Positions 36,470 to 49,990 of a DNA stretch of 64,000 bases are shown piece by piece; positions within the stretch are counted from its first letter, which is position 1; every line of letters begins with the position of its first letter. A program made the position numbers and the translations under genes. The notes beneath the pieces are model-generated. The model saw nothing but the letters and a program-made list of their open reading frames with translations. It made no database searches and was not told the DNA's origin. Source of the stretch: Hemiscyllium ocellatum (Eukaryota); the NCBI RefSeq assembly GCF_020745735.1, contig NC_083453.1, forward strand, positions 23,535,802-23,599,801, read 5' to 3'.

Positions 36470-38147
36470 GGCTCATACTGCAACAGCCTCAGGAGTTTCT
36501 GCTAAAAAGAAAATGGTGGATTTATTTGCAATAAGTAATATTGCCTGGGATAAACAGGTTGATCAGTAAAGATAAAATGACATGCATTAAACGTGCAAAA
36601 ATCTCAACTGTAAACATACAATGAAGCACATCAAAAGCTTGACACTTAGTGTTCGTTTCCCACTTGGGCAGTTGAAGTTACTTCAAAATAAAAAGAATCA
36701 GAAGTCATAAATGACTAACTGGATCAGGTACAGTAACTTCAAACAGGTCTGCCACAGTGCATCCATCTTAAAATCTTTTACAACACACCAACTGCATAAA
36801 CACGTAACTTTGCTCATTCCCTTGCCATTTCTCTTTTCTACTCCCACCAAAAGACTCCGATTTCCCTTGCCACACCCCTCCCTCCATCTACAGAAGCCCA
36901 GTTAAGGTTTCCTACACTCCACTGTTTGGATTAAAACTGCATTAGGAGTTCCTTACCATTGCAGACAACTTTTTTTTTTGCAAAACACAACGTTTACAGA
37001 CAAGGCTCTTCTCAAAACATTAACTTGCAGTCCTGCAAAAACTCCCGGACGCAATACTGATCTCTCCAGCCAAACAAAAGACTGAGGATAAATGGGAGCA
37101 GAATGCAGCTTTAACGTAGTACAGCAATGAGCCGCACAATGGTGCACATCCGTTATTTTAATGGCATCAGATATCCTGGATTGGAAGCAAGCCAACACGT
37201 AGAGATGAATTTGGGCAAAGTAAACATTTTCCCAATTCTTCCCGGCTGTGCTGCAATAACACAAAGCCTTGTTTCTCCAACTGCCTTCCACAAGGAAAAG
37301 CTTCAGTCTGTTTTGAGTGAAACAATGTGAGAGGTTCGCAACAACTACAGAATATAAAAAAAGAATGCCATCATCTTCCCTTGGGTTATAAAAGGAAAAT
37401 GGTGCTAAAAAACAAACATTCACCATGCATCATCTTCTCTCAAGTTGTACTTGGAAACCCTATTAGAAGAGCCAGAGCATGTTCAGTGTCAACAGCTTCT
37501 ATATCTTGTTAGCTTTTTAAAAATTTATGCACAATCTGTTTTTTTTTCTCTTTTGGGGGGGGTTATACATAAAAAAGGAGAGAACAGCCATCATTATTAG
37601 TCACTTGATAAGATAATGGAGTCCTCCCCAATGTCAATCAGGAAACCTTGTCAAAAAGTCATTCAGCCCATTAAATCCATGCTAGTTCTCTGCAGAGCAG
37701 TCCAGTCAGCCCCACTCCCTTGCCCTAGCCCTGTGGTGAAGTTTACTTCCTGCTAGTACTTATCCGATTCATTTGTCTGTACCGGTCATAATCCTCAACA
37801 CTTCCATCAGGACGCCAGTCAATCTGCTTCACTCCAGACAGAACCAGCCCAGCTTCTCGGACTTAACCTTATTGCTGAAATCCCTCATCACTGGAGCTGT
37901 ACTGGTAAGTCTCCTGAGCACCCTCACGTGGGCTTTCCCATCCAGAAACCTTGTTTCATGGGGATTTCATGTTGCAGGTTACTTCAACCAAAGTAGTGAG
38001 AACTACCTTTCAATTTTAGCTTTTTTGACAGCACCTTCCAAACCAGCTACCTCTACCATCCAGACAGACAAGGGCAGCAGACACATGGGAATAGCACCAG
38101 TTGCAAGGTCCCCTCCAAATCACCCTGACTAGGAACTATATAATATT

Positions 38148-38173
38148 TAGAAAGAAAGAAAGAAAGAAAGAAA
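38148..38173 (+). repeat. (GAAA)n microsatellite
   Basis: About six tandem AGAA units. Confidence 0.85.
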
Positions 38174-38895
38174 ACAAAACGGCCCTTCCTTAACTGTTGC
38201 CGAGTCGAATTCCTGGACTTCTTCCTGCCAACAGCATTGTGGAACTGCAGCTGCTTGTCACCATCTTCAAGGCCAATTCGGGTTTGGCAATAAATGCTGG
38301 CCCATCCCAGTGAGACTCATGTGCAGAAAGTAGATTTTTATCAATATTAAGATTGAAATAGCTTTCCTGAGCCAAGGTAAAAGCATCTAACTTTGGGTGA
38401 GAACATAGTCAAGTACAACTGAATTCAGCTGGGGAGAGGTGGTTGAGCAAGCTCCCTTCTCAGAAATATAAATGACCTTCAGGAATTGAACAACCCCCTT
38501 ATACATTCCCCATCTGATGTATAGATGACTCCAGCTTCTTCCAATGATTCTCAAATGTCTTCCCACAGTGGCCTAGCATCAACCGAGCGAGAAAAGTTAA
38601 GTAAGTGACGTGCAATGAATGCAGCTTGGTGACCTTCACCCCCATTCAGATACGCAGTTCACCTAATTGGCCTCAAATCCCCTGCATCCTGAACTTGACC
38701 GGGTCTCAATTTAACATCTCATCTGAAGGTCATTACCATCAATAATGCAGCAGCAGGGGTGGAAGATTCCATGCTTAAATCAATACATGACTTGCACACT
38801 CTTCACAATGCCAACCAGCAACCACACAGAAACAGAGACCAGTCCAGAGTGATTTAGTCAACGGCATCTTAAAGCAGGAAGACACTGAACATGAA

Positions 38896-39275
38896 CATAG
38901 CCACAAAAGACACGACCCCCTCTCCCTCATAGCCCTACACACGGATGAAAAAAACCACCATTTCGACTGGGACAACACATCTATCCTGGGACAGGCTAAG
39001 CAAAGACATGCCGGAGAATTCCTAGAGGCCTGGCACTCCAACCACAACACCACAAACAAACACAGATCTAGATGCCATCTATCAACCCCTCAGAAAACAA
39101 ACAGGAAATGACATCACCACCAACCCCAGGAACCCCATCCAGGAGAAAGATATAAATAGAAAGCAGGAGACAACAGCTTCGCTTCACTTGGAGGTCGCCA
39201 CTGATGATGTTACCGAGCCAGGTAATGAAACGTCTGGATATCAAACCTACAGCTCAGCGAGCAAACCTACACCCT
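38896..39275 (+). mobile_element. Penelope (Poseidon-type) 3' fragment with 14-bp TSD
   Basis: HHFDWDNTSILGQAKQRHAGEFLEAWHS endonuclease C-terminus; ACACTGAACATGAA at 38882-38895 and 39276-39289. Confidence 0.87.
39198..39237 (+). ncRNA. Minimal type I hammerhead ribozyme, intact
   Basis: CCA-CTGATGA-T-GTTACC-GAGCCA-GGTAAT-GAAAC-GTC-TGG: helix I CCA/TGG, helix II, palindromic ACGT helix III. Confidence 0.82.
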
Positions 39276-41240
39276 ACACTGAACATGAATATATTCATCA
39301 GAAGCACGATTTACTTTGACATCGCGCAAGAATATATAAAAAACAAAACTTTCCTGCATCCATCCAATTCCTGAACACTACTCCACATCAGGGGTTACCA
39401 ATGTGGCTCAGAGAAAAAGGATCAGTTTCACAGAATAGGCACATTGATTCACCTTTAAAAGGGATCATGCTGGGGGAAGAAGTGTATGGGGCGGGGGCGG
39501 GGGTTAATTTACAAAACTAGCAGCACAGCTCACCATTCATCCCACCGTCAGATTTTGACATAGCTATCCAGTTCCACTCCCAGCCCCCCCTTCTCTCCTC
39601 CCTCTTGCTGCTCTCTCAATTCTCTGATTACTGACCCACCTGCCACAAGAAGGTTTCTCTCTCTCCCCCACCAACCTCCACCTCGACTGAAATCCTGCAT
39701 AAAATTTTGTACACCTCTATTTTAACATTTCCCAGCTAAATAAGAACAAACAAACAGTTTCCCAGTCTTGCCATTTCCCTCCCCCGCCCATCCCATCCAG
39801 CCCAGTCGGAGTGCTAACTGGAACAGGGAAAACAGACACAAGTGACAGCCTCAAAGCACCAGACCACACACACAACCAATATTCAGCATTAATAGAAACT
39901 GACAAAATACAGCTTAGCAACTAGCAGAAAATTAAACAGCTTTCTCAGGACCTTGGTGACACAGCAAAAGGCAATCACTATGTCCATTTCACAAAACGAA
40001 AAGGAAACAACATTTCAGACGGAAAGATATAAACAGCTTACGTGATTCACAAGTGGAAAATAAGAGACTAAATAAGCTCCAGCCGGCACACAGCACCCTC
40101 AAGAGACTGTCCACTCCCATACAATTACAGATTTGTCGCCCTCAGCCCAAAGCATTCTATCCTCTTCCCACAAGTTAAAGGAACCTAATCCCACATGCTG
40201 CAATTAAGAGCTATGGATCTTGTACATACCAAGAGGGAAAAACTATTATAATAAGGGCCAAAGGCATCCAGTTATTCTTTGGAAACTGTACAATTTCATA
40301 TTACTTTTAGACTGCCTAAAGTGCTGTATTCTACACAACAAAGATATTATGCAATGCTTCCAGAACCAGCTCAGCTGCATCCTCGCCAAGATTACCAACA
40401 TTCTTCTGAAAGTGCAGTTTCTATTTTTACAAGTGGGAGTCCATTCCTACAGCAAGCTACATTCAGGCTATAGGACACACAACAGTGGTCACTTCAAACA
40501 GGAAGGCCGAGCAAGGTGACGTGAGCGCTGCTTGGCTTAGGGCAAAAGAGAAAGGGAGTGAAGAAACTAACACTCAGTTGAACAGCAAACCTCACAGCAT
40601 CAGAAAGCACAATACTCCAGTCTCCCTTACAGAACAGTCCTGTTAAATCAGTGATGGATTTTTAATGTTACATACAAGCTGCCATTTCTCCACATTAATG
40701 GTAATGTTCATGTCTCAAGCAACTTTTTGAATTGACACCTTTAACAGTCACCTAAAAATAGGATTGGACAAGCTTTGTCCAACTTTAGAACATTAATCTT
40801 GCCCCCCCCCCCCTTTACTTACTTGCACACAAGGATCCCACTTCTGTTCTACAGGATTTGCTTCCTCCTGAATCCAAAGTCAAAACCTTTGTCCTCCCTT
40901 CACTCTCCTGAAAATCATCTTAAATCAAGGAAACTCTGCTTGTCAAACTTCTACAATCTTTGTTAGCTCATAAAATCAAGATTTCTTTGTTAAAACTATT
41001 TGTCACATTTTTGTAAATGATGTCAAGTGAATCTGCATCACATTCTCTTGGAAGCTTCAATATCCTCTCTATAGTGGACAATGTGGCATTGTTAAAATGC
41101 AAATAGGTACATTATAATCTCTTATTTTTCCCCCTTGATTCTATAATCAATGATAAAAACTAAAATTCTAACAGCAGTGATCCAATTAATTTCCAAAGAA
41201 GAATTACTGATGTTTCTTCAACTCAATACGTCACTCATAC

Positions 41241-41462
41241 TGAATTCCGTCTGCCAGCCCAGTCCATCACTTCACTTATCAATTTTCTTGGAATTTGTCT
41301 GGATAGTATACTTCCTTGTTTGGGCATAATCTGGAAATTCTGATACCACTCCCTGAAGACTTCTGTCCAAATCTTGACAGACAGTGAACAGGAGCGAACG
41401 GAACCCCGAGCGACACCACCACCTGCTTTCAACCACACCAAACAATTCCTGCTCTCTTATCT
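41241..41462 (-). other. RNF41: Candidate RNF41 5'UTR exon (222 nt)
   Basis: Non-repetitive, CpG-containing; T-rich tract plus aag acceptor at 41463; TCA|gtatga donor at 41240. Both sites are moderate strength. Confidence 0.55.
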
Positions 41463-41922
41463 CTTGCAAAAACAAACAAAAACATCCAGTTTGCGGTTCT
41501 CAAAATTCCATACACCTTAAGTTTCTCTAGTAATCCTGCATGTGAAATCCTGTTAAAAAGCTTGCCATAAAGGGTCCGCCATCTACCCACCTCACTTCAC
41601 ACCCTCGACTGTCCTATCATATTTGCTACCTCCTCAAAGTGGGTTCCACAAAGTTTCTCAAGCAGGTGCATCCTCACACTTCACTTCCAACAACCCAAAC
41701 TGAATTTCCCCTCTCCAACCCAAAGAGGAATGTGCCATAGCCCAGCATCCCAACCACTAGACTAACATGATCAAGGTGAATCATTTCCTCATAGTCATGT
41801 TGTTTACAAATTAGAGAGTCAGGGATGATTATATGCAAAAGCATGGGTGAAATATTGTACTGTATTTCCAGATAATATATTATTTCACAAAGTCTGATAT
41901 CACTGGCACATTAGGGGTGATG

Positions 41923-42122
41923 ATTTGGAGATGCCGGTGTTGGACTGGGGTGTACAAAGTTAAAAATCACACAACACCAGGTTATAGTCCAGCAGGTTTA
42001 ATTGGAAGCACACTAGCTTTCGGAGCGACGCTCCTTCTTCCTGATGAAGGAGTGTCACTCCAAAAGCTAGTGTGCTTCCAATTAAACCTGTTGGACTATA
42101 GCCTGGTGTTGTGTGATTTTTA
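41923..42122. mobile_element. Fold-back Penelope-derived cassette with up to 15-bp TSD
   Basis: ACATTAGGGGTGATG at 41908-41922 and 42123-42137; ~75-bp inverted arms; CTGATGA at 42040 with GAAA mutated. Confidence 0.85.
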
Positions 42123-42329
42123 ACATTAGGGGTGATGCAGTGTTGCAGATAGTAAAAGGACAGTTAGCTGAGGGAGAACAAGCTTGCTATGGTTCTTCCT
42201 CACTATAAGAGTTTGTACCACTCTCTCAACCTTACCATCTATACCAGCCACTATCTCTATTGTCCCAAACACAGAAAACAAGCTCTGACCAATTTAGGTT
42301 ATCTCTTGCCACTCTCGCCCAAAAGTAAA

Positions 42330-43200
42330 CCAAATCATCTGCCGACATTTCCACCACCTCCAAAAAAGATCCCACCACCAGGGATATATTTCCCTCCCCA
42401 CCCCTTTCCAACTTCCACAAAGACCGTTCCCTCCGTGACTACCTGGTCAGGTCCACACCCCCCTACAACCCACCCTCCCATCCTGGCACTTTCCCCTGCC
42501 ACCGCAGGAACTGTAAAACCTGCACCAACACCTCCTCCCTCACATCTATCCAAGGCCCGAATGGAGCCTTCCACATCCAAAGTTTTACCTGCACATCCAC
42601 TAATATCATTTATTGTATCCGTTGCTCCCGATGCGGTCTCCTCTACATTGGGGAGACTGGGCGCCTCCTAGCAGAGCGCTTTAGGGAACATCTCCGGGAC
42701 ACCCGCACCAATCAACCACACCGCCCTGTGGTCCAACATTTCAACTCTCCCTCCCACTCTGCCGAGAATATGGAGGTCCTGGGCCTCCTTCACCGCCGCT
42801 CCCTCACCACCAGACGCCTGGAGAAAGAACGCCACATCTTCCGCCTTGGAACACTTCAACCCCAGGGCATCAATGTGGACTTCAACAGTTTCCTCATTTC
42901 CCCTTCCCCCACTCACCCGAGTTCCAAACTTCCAGCTCAGCACTGTCCCCAGGACTTGTCTGGACCTGTCCTACCTGCCTATCTCCTTTTCCACCTATCC
43001 ACTCCACCCTCTCCTCCCCCACTCACCCATTGTACTCTAATGCTACTCTCTCCCCATCCCCACCCTCCTCTCGCTTATCTCTCCACGCTTCAGACTCACT
43101 GCCTTTATTCCTGATGAAGGGCTTTTGCCCGAAACGTCGATTCCACTGCTCCTCAGATGCTGCCTGAACTGCTGTGCTCTTCCAGCACCACTAATCCAGA
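42330..43200 (+). mobile_element. Penelope (Neptune-type) 3' fragment, related to 5283-7165
   Basis: IIYCIRCSRCGLLYIGETGR and QHFNSPSHS..IFRLGTLQPQGIN; frameshifted; terminal cassette present. Confidence 0.9.
43111..43138 (+). ncRNA. Minimal type I hammerhead ribozyme, core intact
   Basis: CTGATGA-A-GGGC-TTTT-GCCC-GAAAC-GTC. Confidence 0.8.
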
Positions 43201-46200
43201 AACCATATGCTACTCAAGTCTGCTCTGAAAATCAACAAAAAAAATATGATGGCAATTCTGGATTTGGGCAATGCTTTCACCACAGTTTGACAAAAAAAAG
43301 TCAGATTTGCCTCTACATTTGCTGTCCTCATTGCCAGTAAAACACGACCACTTCCACCATGGTCCTTTCCCCAGTCTAGTCCCCATCTCCATATTCAAAA
43401 GATTAATGGGATGTTGATATGCACACATGCATCCAAACTTTGCTGTCCATTGGTTCTGATGAAAATTAATCTTTAAATAAATGAAGATGCACTGCTATAT
43501 GTTGCAGAATTTAGTTTTTATTTCCCATTTTTAAATATATAAAAAAAACAAACAAACAGAAGAACTCCAGAATTATCAGGAGATACAGGACCACTGGAGC
43601 AGCAGTCCCAAATTATTGTATTTTTTTTAAATTGGTGGGGAGCGGGGAGGTGCAATATATAACAAAGAAAGCAACCAAACATGTTTCAGAAAACAGAGAT
43701 GAGAAAAAGAAAAGAGCACAAGAAACAATTAGTGAAAGACACACTTGTCAAACAGTGAGGCTGCACAACAAGTAAGGGTCTTAGGCTCAGAAGATGGATG
43801 TGCAGAACCTGGGGGAAAAAAAAAGGATAGAAAGGGGTACATTCGTGGATCACAATTAGTTGCCAGTGGCTTACTTTCAAATTCTCTCTCACACTACATC
43901 AATGTTTGCAACATTGGCAAAACAATTTCCTCTTGTGGTTCATTGTCAAAGCTAGTAATATATTCTCCAAAGGAACGTTATTTTGATGATGTCAATTGGT
44001 GTGTGCACCAGGAGAATTTTACTACACTATCCAATCATGAATGGTGCAATGCTGGATAAAGGAGGATGGCACAGGCATGTTAGTACAATGCTTACTCTTT
44101 CCTCTTCATAGAAATAGTAATTTGCCAGTAACTAGTATTTCAAAATAAACACCATAGTAGCTGCTTCTCTAAACAGAATCAACAAGATTTTTGTATTTAA
44201 AATTAAATGCCAAGCTTCTAGACAGGGAATAGTTCACACCCAGGTAGGGTTAATCAAATCCTTAACAAGGAGAACCCTGGAACTGAGAAGTTATAACCAT
44301 CAGGAAAGACAGATCAGGCTGATCAAGACCTTTTAAATTATGAAGGGGTTCTCCAGGGTAAACATAGAGAAGATGCTTCCACCTGTGGGGAAACAAAACA
44401 AGAGGACCCTCCATCTGAAACAAACAGTCAGGGAATTCAGGAGAAATCTTTTGCCATTGGAGTGATGAGCATATGGAACTTGCTCTCACATGGGATAGAT
44501 GTTGAGGATAATACCAAAGAAATATTTAATGATGGGAGCTGGACAAGGATGAGGGAGAAAGGAATAGAAAGATATGGTGATGAAGGGAGAGGAATTCAAA
44601 TGGAACAAGCCTCTGTGCATCATACGCACCACAGATGAATGATCTATTTCTGTGCTTAGTAGTCAATTGTTCTTTTCCTAAAATAAAAAAAAAACTGGCT
44701 CAGAAGCAGAACTTTTTTTAAAAAAATAAAAAAAAACATTAACTTATGTAAACCTGTTTGGAAATATTATGACACACATTCATAGCCATTACATTCTGGG
44801 GTGAGACTTGAATCTGGACTTTCCTATACAGAGGTAGGGACACAAATACCGAACCACACGACTCGTTTTTCCACGATCTCTTTACATTTACATGAGCAAA
44901 TTGCTTCCAGTTAACTGCTCCCACATTCAACACATTTATATTGCAGTCTGCAACAGCTAAATCCACTTTCCATAGTAACTGGACGTTTGTCGAGGCCAGC
45001 ATTAACAAAGTGAAACTGTGACCTCTAACGAACATTCTGACAAGAGGAACTGGCACCTCCTCTCCTGCCTACACAAAACCCTCACACATGCAAACACTGG
45101 TTCCAATGGTACAAATGTTTTGTTTCCTAGAGTCCAGCCATGCTATCAGCATTACATCCTGAATGTAAACAGACTTTTAATTAATCAGTGTTCAGAGATG
45201 GGAATTTCCTGGAGCTTGAGTCCTGAGTGTGAGACTGAGCTGAAGGGAGCAGGAAAAGTGATGATGAACAGGGAATGACAGTAGGAGTAGCCTCCGTGAT
45301 GGAGAGCACCTGGATTTTATACTCAAGAGAGGGTCAAATCAAAAGGGACTGACTCAGCCCAATAGTAGGGAAGGCGGGGGGAGGGGGGGGGGGGTGGGGA
45401 GGCAGTGCCCAAGAGGCCCAGAATGTCAGCTGCAAACTTCCCAACATCATCATCCAAGACTTGACAGCCCAAAGTCAGTGAACGACGAGGTAACAATGGA
45501 ACTGGGCATCTTCGTATGTACACAGACGTTGAACTCAGGACTGCAAATTATATCACAAAAAGGGAAATCACAGAGTTGAACAAGAGGCCAAAGGATAAAT
45601 CCTCAAGGGAGGGTGGAGGCAATGCTGTGAAACTGGAAGAAATGTCACTGATGGGAAGGTACTAGTTCCACTAGAACGGACAGGAATGGAACAATGCAAG
45701 GACAGTTCCAAGGAGCTGGGCAACATTTAGTACTGCAGAAGTTAATTATATCAAGCACTGTTGAAAAGTCAAAAGATAAGCATAATGGGTCACAAGAGGA
45801 TAAAATGCGATTTTGACAAGACTCAATTAGTGCTCCAGGAAGGGAAAAAGCCAGACTGAATACGCTCCGAGCTATAAGAGAGATAAGAGTTTGTGATAAG
45901 TTTGAGGTGCTTGAACAGGAAAGCAATATTGAAATGACAGCAAAGTACAACAGATGCTGGATATCAGAAATAAAAACTAGTGAAGAACCTCAGCAGATCT
46001 GGCAGCATCTGTACAAAGAGAAACAGAGTTAATGTCAACTCCAGTAAGACTCTCCTTGAGAGAGTCCAGAACATTAACTGTTTCTTCCTCAACAGAAGTT
46101 GCCAGACCTGCTGATTTCGTCCAGCATTCTGTTTTTCTAAAAGCAATGTTGGAGATAGGACAGCAGCCAGAAGACAGATTACTGAGCTTAGCCTTTTTTT

Positions 46201-47559
46201 GACAGCAAGATGTTGTTGAAGATGGTAGACTTGATGAGGAGGAGGAACAGGATCTAAGGTTGAAGGAGCTCATGAAAATATTGGGAAGCATACGTTAGGA
46301 GGAGAAAAGAAAATGAAGGAGCATGAAAATACCCCATAGTCTTGTAGCTGTATCAACAGGTCAAATAGAACCAAGTTCCACTAAAATATGTGGAAACAAG
46401 TAAATGTTAAATTCATATGGATTACATTTTTCCTTCACAAAGCACTCAAATACAGGACAGCAACTGTATAATAATCATCCAGATCATTCTTCATATGCAT
46501 ATGCTGAGATATTTATTCCATCTCACGAACAAACTTAGTCACCTGTTCACACATAGTCACAGTATGACTCAGTTTCTTCCAAAAATACATGGTCATCTGC
46601 CAAGAACAAATACAGCACGAACCAATTTACTGTTTTTGTAAAGCTACAGAATGCCAATGAGGTCAGAACAGTCATACTACAAATACTCAAAAATAAAACT
46701 GGAGTCAATGATGATTAGACAGAGAATAGAATGACAAGGTCTCACACAATGTTATTATGGCATCAACCATAACATTAGAATATTAAAACCAGAATATTAA
46801 AACAAGCCACTAGAAATGAAATGAGATGCCATTATAAATCAATAATAACAAGGGGGTCTTACAGCATAGTGGCAGAATCGCTAGAGGGTACAGGTTCAAT
46901 TCTCACTTGTGCAGGAGGTAGATCATAATATGCCTGAACTGGTTGATTAAAAATAATTTCCACAACAAAAGATATATAGTTTAAAATAAATGAATTAAAA
47001 ATTGTTGGAATATATGGCATCAACTATCCTCTAACCCACCATTACCACACCTATTTGTTTGTTACATACTAATTTTTGAATCACATTATAATAGTGAGTT
47101 TCTCCCCTTTCAGTAGAGGATTAACCAAAGCTGTCTAGATACAATTTAACGATAATACCTCAAAAAGCATCTTATCCTACCTCACCAACATTCTCCCCCT
47201 AGGAAAACTTAATAAAATGATAAATATTAAAATTCTTCCAGAACTACGAGGTTTGATTAAACTCCTTGCCCATAAATCACCTTCTGTTAGTGAAATTAAT
47301 CTCAAGGAGCTCCTGAACGGAGACAAAGATCGCTGAGCATTTCCAGTATTTAACCAACATATACATAGCAACAGAGAAATGCTGAAATGTCAAACACTCG
47401 AGAAAAAGACAGATGCAAAGATAGCTGAACTATCAGGAGACAAAACCAGAGAAAACCCCATTTTATTCAGGAACGTTTGGTGAACAAATCAAGTTATGGC
47501 TGAGGTCCACACGGACACCAAAGATCCTGAAATTCAGCCTAAGCCGTAACATGACACTT

Positions 47560-48240
47560 TATTTTCAGGCTCCGTTCCAGTTCATTACTAGGCCCGATAT
47601 CAGACCGCGGTCTCTCCTGCCGCCCAAAGCACCCTGGCCCCGTCCATTCACAGCATCTTTCTCGCGCCCACACGGTTGAACTTACTAGCGATCTATCAGC
47701 AGGTGAAAAGCCACAAACCCCAGACGTATGAATAATTCGTAATTTTATTTGAAGATTTCCTTACATCGTATACCACAACCTTTCAACGTCATCCTCCACT
47801 CTAGCTTTTAAACAGGGAAAGCCTCTGAAGCAGCACCTCCGATGATCGACACATAGGCTGATCAATCCTGACACAGGGATTCAGGCAACTGTTCCAATGG
47901 ACCAATGGAAATGCAGAAACTGATATCTGATCCCGCCTGTCACTGGTCGATTAACAAATCAGACCTTTGCTTCGGGGGGCGTCCTTAAATGACTGACATC
48001 AGTATTGACCCAATTGGATTAAAGCTCAGGGCAATTGACATCTCAACGCACTAATTGTACGACAGACCCTGGTTCAGCGCCCAATCACAGGCAGTCGAGG
48101 GAGGGATTATCACGTTCAACCTTTTAACGACCTGTGTGTTTCTATGGGACCGCCAGGCGGGCCGACGTCATTCTGATTGACGTCGCACTTCACCACTCAT
48201 TACCACGCATCAGGGCGATTCATGGGGCGGGGCATGTGGT
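47560..48240 (-). promoter_or_regulatory. RNF41: Probable RNF41 promoter / first exon (CpG-rich)
   Basis: CCAAT at 47894, 47902, 48010, 48081; CRE-like GACGTCA 48164 and TGACGTCG 48178; GGGGCGGGGC 48224-48233; candidate minus-strand gtaag donors near 47685 and 47764. Confidence 0.65.
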
Positions 48241-48924
48241 GTCATCACTGTATAGTTTCAGTCAGAGTTTCAGTCAATTTGGCAATGTGACTTCATGATG
48301 AAATTTTCTCAAAACTCGCTATGAAATAAGTGCCCATATGTGTCACACATTGGAGACAGACAGTTCCACCACTACATCTGTAGACCACTCGGCAAAGCAT
48401 TGATCCAACATTTGATTCTCCACATGCGAATGAGAATGATGCAACTTACAATGCATTGTCTTAATGATTGACAAGTACTTCGAACTCAGATGCAACGGCT
48501 TGCAAGAAGGTCTCTATAAAACAGCTATTTATATAGCACCACAGAAATATCTCAAGGCACTTTTCATGGGGACGTTATAAAACCTGCACACTGAGGTACG
48601 TTTAGGACAAATGGTCAAAGGTTTGGTCAAAGAGGTAGGTTTTAAGGACTGTCTCAAAGGAGGAAAGTGAGGCAGAAAGACAGATTGATCTAGAACGTAC
48701 AGCCCAAGCAGCTCAAGGCATGGCCGTCAACAATAAAGATATTTTAATTGGGAAAACACAAGAACCGGTTGTTAGAGGAGGGATGGTGCTGGTGGAGGTT
48801 ATAGAGATTAGAAGGAGGGATTTGAACACATGGATTAAAATGTTAAAGTGAAGATGTTGCTTGATTGTGAGCTAATGTCAGCTAGAAAACACAGAATGAT
48901 AAGGGAACAGGATTTCTTTGGGAC

Positions 48925-49990
48925 CGGATCACGTGTATCCTACGACTTTGTGGAAAGTAGGGGAGTGATTGCTGGGCCTTGGAGGAGGTGCTGGAAGACT
49001 GGAGGTTGCCTGACGTGGTGCCACTATTTAAGAAAGGTAGTAAGGAAAAGCCAGGCAACTATAGACCGGTGAGCCTGACATCGGCGGTGGCAAGTTGTTG
49101 AAAGGAGTCCAGAGGGACAGGATTTATATTTTGATAGGCAAGAACTGATTAGGGATAGATGGCTTTGTGCATGGGAAATCATGTCTCACGAACTTAATTG
49201 AGTTTTTTGAAGACGTAACGAAGAGGATTGACAAGGGCAGAGCAGCGAACATGATCTATATGGACTTCAGTAAGGTATTCAACAAGGTTCCTCATGGTAG
49301 ACTGGTTAGCAAGGTGAGATCACATGGAATACAAGGTTAACTAGCCATTTGGATACAGAACTGGCCCGAAGGTAGAAGACAGAGGGTTGTGGTGGAGGGT
49401 TGCTTTTCAGACTGGAGGCCTGTGACCAGTTGTGTATTACAAGGATCAGTGCTGGGTCCACTGCTTTTTGTCATTTATATCAATGATTTGGATGCGAACA
49501 TAGAAGATCTGGTTAGTAAGTTTGCAGATGACACCAAAATTGGAAGTGTTATGGACGGCAAAGAAGATTACCTCTTGGTCAGTTGGGCCTATTCAGATAT
49601 CCATCCAGATGCCTTTTAAATGTTGTAATTGTATAGCCTCCACCACTTCCTCTGGAAGTTCATTCCATACACGTACCACCCTGTGTGAAAACATTCTAAA
49701 TATTTCTCTCTCACCTTAAACCTATGCCTTCTCGTTTTGGACTCTGCTACCCTGGGAAAAAAGACCTTGGCTATTCACCCTATCCATGCTCCTTATGGTT
49801 TTATAAACTTCTATAAGGTCACCACTCCAACTCCAATGCTCCAGTAAAAATAGCCCCAGCCTATACAGCCTCTTCAATCCCGGCAACATCCTTATAAATC
49901 TTTTCTGCACGCTTCCCAGTTTAATGACATCTTTCTTCTAGCAGCATGAGCAGAACTGTACACAGTATTCCAAGAGTGATCTCACCAATG
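48925..49990. mobile_element. Two abutting CR1/HER1 fragments: plus (~48925-49573) and minus (~49590-49990)
   Basis: QGSVLGPLLF/KFADDTK on plus; LVRSLLEYCVQF and QKRFIRMLPG on minus. Confidence 0.85.

Noticed and set aside
47180-47198. Possible ~18-nt RNF41 5'UTR micro-exon (ttttcctag..GAG|gtagga on minus)
   Set aside because: Splice-like motifs only; common by chance without transcript data.
48925-49990. Twin-priming inversion of one LINE
   Set aside because: Both fragments point toward the junction, the opposite of twin-priming geometry, and no TSD was seen; more likely two insertions or a later rearrangement.
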